A stretch of 51,291 nt of DNA, from contig MGPS01000004.1 of NCBI GenBank assembly GCA_001797495.1, positions 1-51,291 on the forward strand, given 5' to 3'. The notes beneath the pieces were generated by a model. It searched no databases and was not told where the DNA came from. It was given only the letters and a program-made list of their open reading frames with translations. The stretch is from Deltaproteobacteria bacterium GWC2_42_11. Its GTDB lineage: Bacteria > Desulfobacterota > GWC2-55-46 > UBA9637 > GWC2-42-11. The stretch's first letter is position 1. Every line of letters begins with the position of its first letter. This document shows positions 41,472 through 51,291 of this stretch, in pieces. A program made the position numbers and the translations under genes.

Positions 41472-41486
41472 AGCGGAGTTTTTCTT

Positions 41487-41990
41487 TTAGAAGTCTTCCA
41501 GCATCCTTTCTTTTATAAGTCTTGCGCTGTCTTTTGCCATCTTTTTCAGGGCATCCCACTCTGCTGTCTTTGTTGCAGTAACATCGCTTGTAACCCTGAA
41601 GTCCTCATAGTCTGTAAAGTTTTTATCCTCCCACAGAATCTTGCCGTCAGAATTTCTTACAAGGGTTACCTCCAGTTGTATGCTCAAGCGATACTCCTGA
41701 AGCACATCGTTCTTGCTAAATGAGACAGGTGTAAGTGTATATCGTTTAACAGCGCCTTTCAATGTTGCATCGCCATTACTTGCAACACTCACAATACCGC
41801 TGGTTACGAACTCATCTACTATCGCAGAGGTTATAACCGATTCCACATCAGGCCTCTGTGTTTCATTCTTGAAGAAAGGGATTGACACGGTCTTTATATT
41901 GCCGGGGAAGTTGCCGCCTTTACCTGCTATGTGATAACCGCAGGAAACAAGCAGCAGACTGCAAGCAGCAATCAACAAAGTTGAAAGCAT
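41487..41990 (-). CDS. lptE: LPS assembly lipoprotein LptE
   Basis: Lipobox LVS-CGY, F.N.T motif, position between leuS and holA. The upstream ATG at 42053 lies in a repeat array. Confidence 0.85.
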   Translation of the reverse strand: MLSTLLIAACSLLLVSCGYHIAGKGGNFPGNIKTVSIPFFKNETQRPDVESVITSAIVDEFVTSGIVSVASNGDATLKGAVKRYTLTPVSFSKNDVLQEYRLSIQLEVTLVRNSDGKILWEDKNFTDYEDFRVTSDVTATKTAEWDALKKMAKDSARLIKERMLEDF

Positions 41991-42024
41991 TATCCTGCCC
42001 CCCAGCCATTCTTTTAGCGATCTT

Positions 42025-42059
42025 TCACTCAAAACTCTTAACTCAAAACTCATAACTGT
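42025..42059. repeat. NAACTCA heptamer array between leuS and lptE
   Basis: TCACTCA AAACTCT TAACTCA AAACTCA TAACTGT. Confidence 0.85.
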
Positions 42060-42060
42060 T

Positions 42061-44562
42061 TTACTCCACCACTAGATTTAGTATCTTATCAGGAACATAT
42101 ACTACCTTTTTGATTTTCTTATCTTTCAGCCACTCCTTTATCTTTTCACCTTTAAAAGCAATATCTTCAGCCTGTTTCTGGCTTGAGCCGGCAGGGATAT
42201 TCAGACGGTTTCGTATCTTGCCATTTATCTGGATAACAAGGATTACCTCATTTTTTATAAGTGCGTCTTCATTGTAAGACGGCCACAGTGTATTTGCAAG
42301 CAGTTCTTTATTCCCCATTTTCTGCCAGAGTTCTTCTGATATATGTGGTGCAAAGGGTGAAAGGAGGATGACAAGGGTTCCAACTGCCTCCGTGAATAGT
42401 TCAGACTTTTTATCCTCGTACCTGTAAAGGAAGTTAAGATACTCCATAAGCGCTGCGATTGCTGTATTGAAATGAAACCTTTCAATATCCTCTGTAACCT
42501 TTTTAATAGTCCTGTTCATCTCCTGGTTGAGTTGAGGAGTTTGTGAGTTGAGGAGTGATGGAGTTATGTCTTTACTCTTCAACTCTTCAACTCCAGAACT
42601 CTTAGACTCTTCTGCCAGCCTCCACACCCTGTTCAGAAACCTGTACGAACCTTCAACACCTTCATCGCTCCATTCCAGATCTTTTTCAGGCGGTGCAGCA
42701 AAAAGGGAAAATAGCCTTGCCGTATCAGCGCCGTATTTATTTATCAAATCATCAGGGTCAACTACATTCCCCTTGGACTTGCTCATCTTTGCACCATCTT
42801 TTATAACCATGCCTTGAGTCAAAAGGTTTGTGAAAGGTTCATCAATACTGGTAAGTCCAGTGTCCCTTATAACCTTTGTAAAAAATCTTGAGTACAGGAG
42901 GTGAAGCACTGCATGTTCAATGCCCCCTATATACTGGTCAACAGGCATCCAGTAGCCTGCTTCATCTTTATCAAAAGGAAGTGTATCGCCGGCTGGAGAG
43001 GTATACTTCAGGAAATACCACGATGAGTCAACAAATGTATCCATTGTATCTGTTTCACGTTTTGCTGAATTACTCCCGCACCGCGGGCATCTTGTTTGTA
43101 TGAACTCGGGAGACTGTGCCAGCGGTGAACTCCCTGCACCTGTAAACTTCACATCTTCAGGGAGTATGACAGGAAGTTTTTCGTAAGGGACAGGCACTAT
43201 CCCGCATGAATCGCAGTATATAATCGGTATTGGGCATCCCCAGTATCTCTGCCTTGATATGCCCCAGTCCTTTAATTTATAAGATATAGATTTTTTGCCG
43301 ATGCCTTTTTCTTCAAGGTGTTTTACTATTGCATCCATTGCATCTCTGTTGTTTATGCCGCTGAACTGTCCTGAATTTACGAGAACCCCTTCATCCACAT
43401 AAGCCTCTGTTATTGTATCTTCATTTAACTTTATGTCAGGCGGTTGTATGACAATTTTAACCGGCAGGTTGTATTTTTTTGCAAACTCAAAATCACGCTG
43501 GTCATGTGCAGGCACAGCCATCACAACGCCTGTGCCGTATTCCATGAGCACGAAGTTGGCGATGTATATAGGTATCTTCGTATTTGTTAAGGGGTTGATG
43601 CAGTATGAACCAGTGAAGACACCTTCCTTTTCAAGGAGAGCCTCTGTTCTTGCACTCCTGTCCTGTTTTTTTATCTTTTCAAAAAACCTCCTGATTTCTG
43701 ACTCCTTACCCCTGATAGAAGCGTTCAGGGGCAGGCCCCTGACCTCTATTAGTTTTTCCACCATTGGATTTTCAGGCGCTATAGACATGAATGTCGTGCC
43801 GAAAAGGGTGTCAGGCCTTGTCGTAAATATCTTTAACCTTTCATTTGAGCCTTCAACAGGGAAATCTACTTCGGCGCCTATACTCCTGCCTATCCAGTTC
43901 CTCTGCATTGTAACAACCCGTTCAGGCCAGCCATTAAGTTTATCTAAATCTGTGAGGAGTTCCTCTGCATACGCGGTAATCTTCAAAAACCACTGGTTGA
44001 GGTTCCTTTTTTCTACAGTGCTGTCACACCTCCAGCAGAGCCCTTCGATGACCTGCTCATTTGCAAGGACAGTCTCGCACTTCGGACACCAGTTCACATA
44101 AGATTCTTTTTTATATGCCAGCCTCTTTTCGTACATCTTTAAGAAAAACCACTGGTTCCATTTATAATAATCAGGTGTGCAGGTAGCAATCTCCCGTGTC
44201 CAGTCGTATGAGAGCCCCATCTGTTTTAATTGGGTCTTCATATAAGATATATTTTCCCTTGTCCATTTTGCAGGGTGTGTGCCGTGCTGGATTGCCGCGT
44301 TTTCAGCAGGCATGCCAAATGCGTCCCAACCCATTGGGTGGAGGACATTTAAACCCTTCATTTTCAGAAAACGGGCTGTCACATCACCTATTGAGTAATT
44401 CCTGACATGCCCCATGTGTATCTTTCCGGACGGATATGGGAACATCTCAAGCAGATAATATTTCTTCTTGTTTATGTCCTTTTTTACCTCAAAGACCCTT
44501 TTTTCTTCCCAGATAGTCTGCCATTTCTTCTCAATAATATGCGGTTCGTATCTATCTGACAT
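42061..44562 (-). CDS. leuS: Leucine--tRNA ligase
   Basis: HMGH, TTRPDT (CP1 editing domain), [13 protein letters not shown]. Start ATG 44562 after AGGAGG. Confidence 0.99.
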   Translation of the reverse strand: MSDRYEPHIIEKKWQTIWEEKRVFEVKKDINKKKYYLLEMFPYPSGKIHMGHVRNYSIGDVTARFLKMKGLNVLHPMGWDAFGMPAENAAIQHGTHPAKWTRENISYMKTQLKQMGLSYDWTREIATCTPDYYKWNQWFFLKMYEKRLAYKKESYVNWCPKCETVLANEQVIEGLCWRCDSTVEKRNLNQWFLKITAYAEELLTDLDKLNGWPERVVTMQRNWIGRSIGAEVDFPVEGSNERLKIFTTRPDTLFGTTFMSIAPENPMVEKLIEVRGLPLNASIRGKESEIRRFFEKIKKQDRSARTEALLEKEGVFTGSYCINPLTNTKIPIYIANFVLMEYGTGVVMAVPAHDQRDFEFAKKYNLPVKIVIQPPDIKLNEDTITEAYVDEGVLVNSGQFSGINNRDAMDAIVKHLEEKGIGKKSISYKLKDWGISRQRYWGCPIPIIYCDSCGIVPVPYEKLPVILPEDVKFTGAGSSPLAQSPEFIQTRCPRCGSNSAKRETDTMDTFVDSSWYFLKYTSPAGDTLPFDKDEAGYWMPVDQYIGGIEHAVLHLLYSRFFTKVIRDTGLTSIDEPFTNLLTQGMVIKDGAKMSKSKGNVVDPDDLINKYGADTARLFSLFAAPPEKDLEWSDEGVEGSYRFLNRVWRLAEESKSSGVEELKSKDITPSLLNSQTPQLNQEMNRTIKKVTEDIERFHFNTAIAALMEYLNFLYRYEDKKSELFTEAVGTLVILLSPFAPHISEELWQKMGNKELLANTLWPSYNEDALIKNEVILVIQINGKIRNRLNIPAGSSQKQAEDIAFKGEKIKEWLKDKKIKKVVYVPDKILNLVVE
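42529..42613. repeat. Inverted octamer array in frame in leuS
   Basis: 5x GAGT-N4, a 5-bp spacer, then 5x ACTC-N4. Confidence 0.92.
43688..43748. repeat. Heptamer array with nested 7-9-7 palindrome in leuS CP1
   Basis: CTGATTT CTGACTC ... CCCCTGA-TAGAAGCGT-TCAGGGG-CAGGC (43709-43736) ... CTGACCT. Confidence 0.75.
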
Positions 44563-44719
44563 TAAATTGCCTCCTTTAATTCCATGACTTTTACCATATG
44601 CCACAGCAGGTTATCAAGAAAATTTGAAAATTTGAAAGGATTGCAATGATTGACAAGAAAGGGAAAATGGTTAATAATAAGTAGTACTCTGCAAATCATA
44701 TTTTATGGAGGTAATTCTT

Positions 44720-48981
<4,262 letters not shown>

Positions 48982-48985
<4 letters not shown>

Positions 48986-50082
48986 GATACCATCCCCAAG
49001 GAGATTATAATCCACCTCATGGTTACATGAATACGCCGGTTGACAAACATCTGAAATGGTTAAAACAACTCTCGACCTTTACTGACATAGGAAAGGCTGT
49101 TACATCTTCTCTTGACATAAAAGAAGTCCTCAATATCGTCATGGGAAAAATAAAGGATCTGCTGTCCCCAAAAAACTGGTCACTCCTCCTTGTCGATGAA
49201 GAAAAAAATGAACTCTACTTTGAAACAGTCGTTGGCGAAGGTGCAGACAGGATAAAAAACTTACGTCTAAAGATTGGTGAAGGTATTGCGGGCTGGGTGG
49301 CAAGGGAAGGAGTTCCACTCCTTGTACCGGATGTCAATAATGACCCGCGGTTTACAAAAAAGGTTGACGACGCATCTAGATTCGCGACAAAATCGGTCAT
49401 CTGCGTTCCAATTATCAGCAAAGGGAGGGTTCTTGGTGTAATTGAACTCATAAATAGGGCGGAGGAAGGGAGTTTTAAAGAGGAAGACCTTGCCATACTC
49501 ACAACACTGGCAGACTTTACAGCCATTGCTATTGAAAATGCGAAATACTTCCAGAAGGTGCAGGAACTTACAATAACCGATGACCTTACCGGACTTTACA
49601 ATTCACGGTATCTTCACCATTTTATGGATTATGAGATAGAACGCACCAAAAGGTACGGTACGAACATATCAATGATATTCATTGACATGGATGGATTCAA
49701 AGAGGTAAATGATGTTTACGGACATTTATGCGGCAGCAAAGTCCTTGTTGAGGTAGCAGGAGTAATAATATCTAACATAAGGACGATCGATATGGCATGC
49801 AGGTATGGCGGCGATGAGTTTGTGATTGTACTACCCCAGATCCTAAAACCCCATGCGGCTGTTGCAGCAGAGAAGTTAAGGAATATTATAAAGGATTCCA
49901 TATTCCTCAAGGAGGAGGGGCATAACATCCATCTCACAGCAAGTTTTGGTGTGGCATCACTGCCAGAGGATACAGGGGATAAACTTGAACTAATCCACCT
50001 TGCAGACCAGGCAATGTATATGATAAAGAATTCCAATAAAAACGGTGTGGCGATAGCCAAAAAGGAGGAGAAAAGAAAATGA
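48982..50082 (+). CDS. GAF-domain diguanylate cyclase
   Basis: GAF domain (GEGIAGWVA), TDDLTGLYN, RxxD I-site (RTID), intact GGDEF; ATGA overlap with the upstream gene. Confidence 0.95.
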
Positions 50083-50435
50083 AAAAATTTTACCTTGTCA
50101 TCACCCTGTTTATTTCAATATACGGCTGCGCAACAATTGAAACCAAAACAGAAGGGAACAAGATAGACAAATCTATGGTTGAGAGTATCAAGCCTGGCAT
50201 AACTACCAAAAAGGCAATAATAGAAATATTCGGATACCCGTCAAAATCAAATAAAAAAGATGATGAAACAGAAGAATTTATATATAACCATACAGAAAAA
50301 AAGGTCTCCTCGTACTTTAAGGGATTTATAGTGAATGAAAAGGATGCTGAAAAAACAAACTCTACTTTAGAGATTGTAATAAAGAACGATATTGTAGTGG
50401 GCTACAGGTTTATAAAGACAGCGGAAGAAAAATAG
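50079..50435 (+). CDS. SmpA/OmlA (BamE-like) lipoprotein
   Basis: Lipobox IYG-C, IKPGITTK.AII..FG.P; ATGA overlap. Confidence 0.75.
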   Translation: MKKFYLVITLFISIYGCATIETKTEGNKIDKSMVESIKPGITTKKAIIEIFGYPSKSNKKDDETEEFIYNHTEKKVSSYFKGFIVNEKDAEKTNSTLEIVIKNDIVVGYRFIKTAEEK

Positions 50436-50442
50436 AAAGGTT

Positions 50443-51291
50443 TTAAATTTGTTTTCCAACAGGCAGCAGGATTGCAAAGGTAGTTCCTCTATCAACTGCA
50501 CTTGACACTGTTATTCTGCCGCTGTGTTCGGTTACTATCTTGTGGACAATGGAAAGACCAAGACCAGTGCCTGTTGGTTTTGTGGTGAAGAACGGATTAA
50601 ATATTTTATCTATATCTTTTTGAGAGATACCGCAGCCTGTATCTGATATAGAAAGTTTTACAGAATTTGTGTTTGTTTGCAAAGGAATCTCGTACCGTGT
50701 ATTATCATATCCAACTGTAATCCGTATATTTCCGCCATTTGGCATAGACTGGATTGCATTTAAAAGCAGGTTAATAAAAATCTGCTGCATCTGCTGAGGA
50801 CCAATCCCTACTTCAGGAATACCCTTTTCAATCATTTCATGTATTGTTATGCTGTGCTTTGCTGCTTCCTTTCTTATAAGAAAGAGACAGTCTTTTAATA
50901 CATCCTCTATCCTGCATGTCCCGTTGTACTCTTTAATAGACGGATGTGCAAATGCAGAAAATACCCTTATAAAGGATGTAAGCCTGTCCACCTCTTTTAG
51001 TATCCTTGTCAGGTATCTCCTCTGTCCTCCCCTCAGCGGGCAATCGTCTTCCATTGCCTGAATTACAGTTTTTATAGATGCCAGCGGATTACCTATCTCA
51101 TGGGCAATGCCAGTGGAGAGTTCCCCAATAGATGCCATCTTGTCTGCCTGATATAACTGTTTCTCCATCTGAATCTGCGCATCTATGAGTTTCTGCCTTT
51201 CTGTTATATCCCTCATAACCATCATTGACCCGAGCCTTTTGTCGTTAATATTTATAGATGCTACACTTATATCAAATATATTCGGACCAAT
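50443..51291 (-). CDS. PAS-type sensor histidine kinase, C-terminal part (5' end outside the window)
   Basis: Frame open to the window edge; RDITER, AHEIGNPL, DTGCGI, FFTTK, GTGLGL. Confidence 0.93.
   Translation of the reverse strand: MGPNIFDISVASININDKRLGSMMVMRDITERQKLIDAQIQMEKQLYQADKMASIGELSTGIAHEIGNPLASIKTVIQAMEDDCPLRGGQRRYLTRILKEVDRLTSFIRVFSAFAHPSIKEYNGTCRIEDVLKDCLFLIRKEAAKHSITIHEMIEKGIPEVGIGPQQMQQIFINLLLNAIQSMPNGGNIRITVGYDNTRYEIPLQTNTNSVKLSISDTGCGISQKDIDKIFNPFFTTKPTGTGLGLSIVHKIVTEHSGRITVSSAVDRGTTFAILLPVGKQI

Noticed and set aside
44618-44651. GAAAATTT x2 octamer upstream of leuS
   Set aside because: Only two perfect AT-rich units in a promoter region; it may belong to the array family but is not supportable alone.

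Overview
AT-rich bacterial chromosome segment; gene content and protein style suggest a deltaproteobacterial/Nitrospirota-like anaerobe (inference only). Left to right: start of a type I R-M hsdR; proS and ispG; a sigma54 two-component module with its likely target gene; hemL; a protein quality-control cluster (dnaK, dnaJ, a divergent ClpA/C-like ATPase, usp, clpB, hsp20, degP); ubiX, serS and two tRNA-Ser genes flanking an ArsR / CGCGC mini-protein / membrane protein operon; an accessory stretch between tRNA-Ser and tRNA-fMet (exported CHAT protease operon, TMTC-like TPR glycosyltransferase, FAD oxidoreductase, IS256 remnant); yebC, ccsA/ccsB, rmuC, class IV aminotransferase, uvrC, rpsT, holA, lptE, leuS; a fused 1.4-kaa PlsA/Ger-like activase-reductase with a diguanylate cyclase and a lipoprotein; and a partial histidine kinase. 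The most unusual signal is a pervasive set of 7-8 bp tandem-repeat arrays, often arranged as two inverted arms, with different unit sequences at different sites. They occupy many gene junctions and sit in frame inside proS, leuS, serS and the activase. A separate 7-9-7 palindrome is inserted in frame in both proS and leuS. All calls come from reading the sequence and ORF track by eye; no searches were run.
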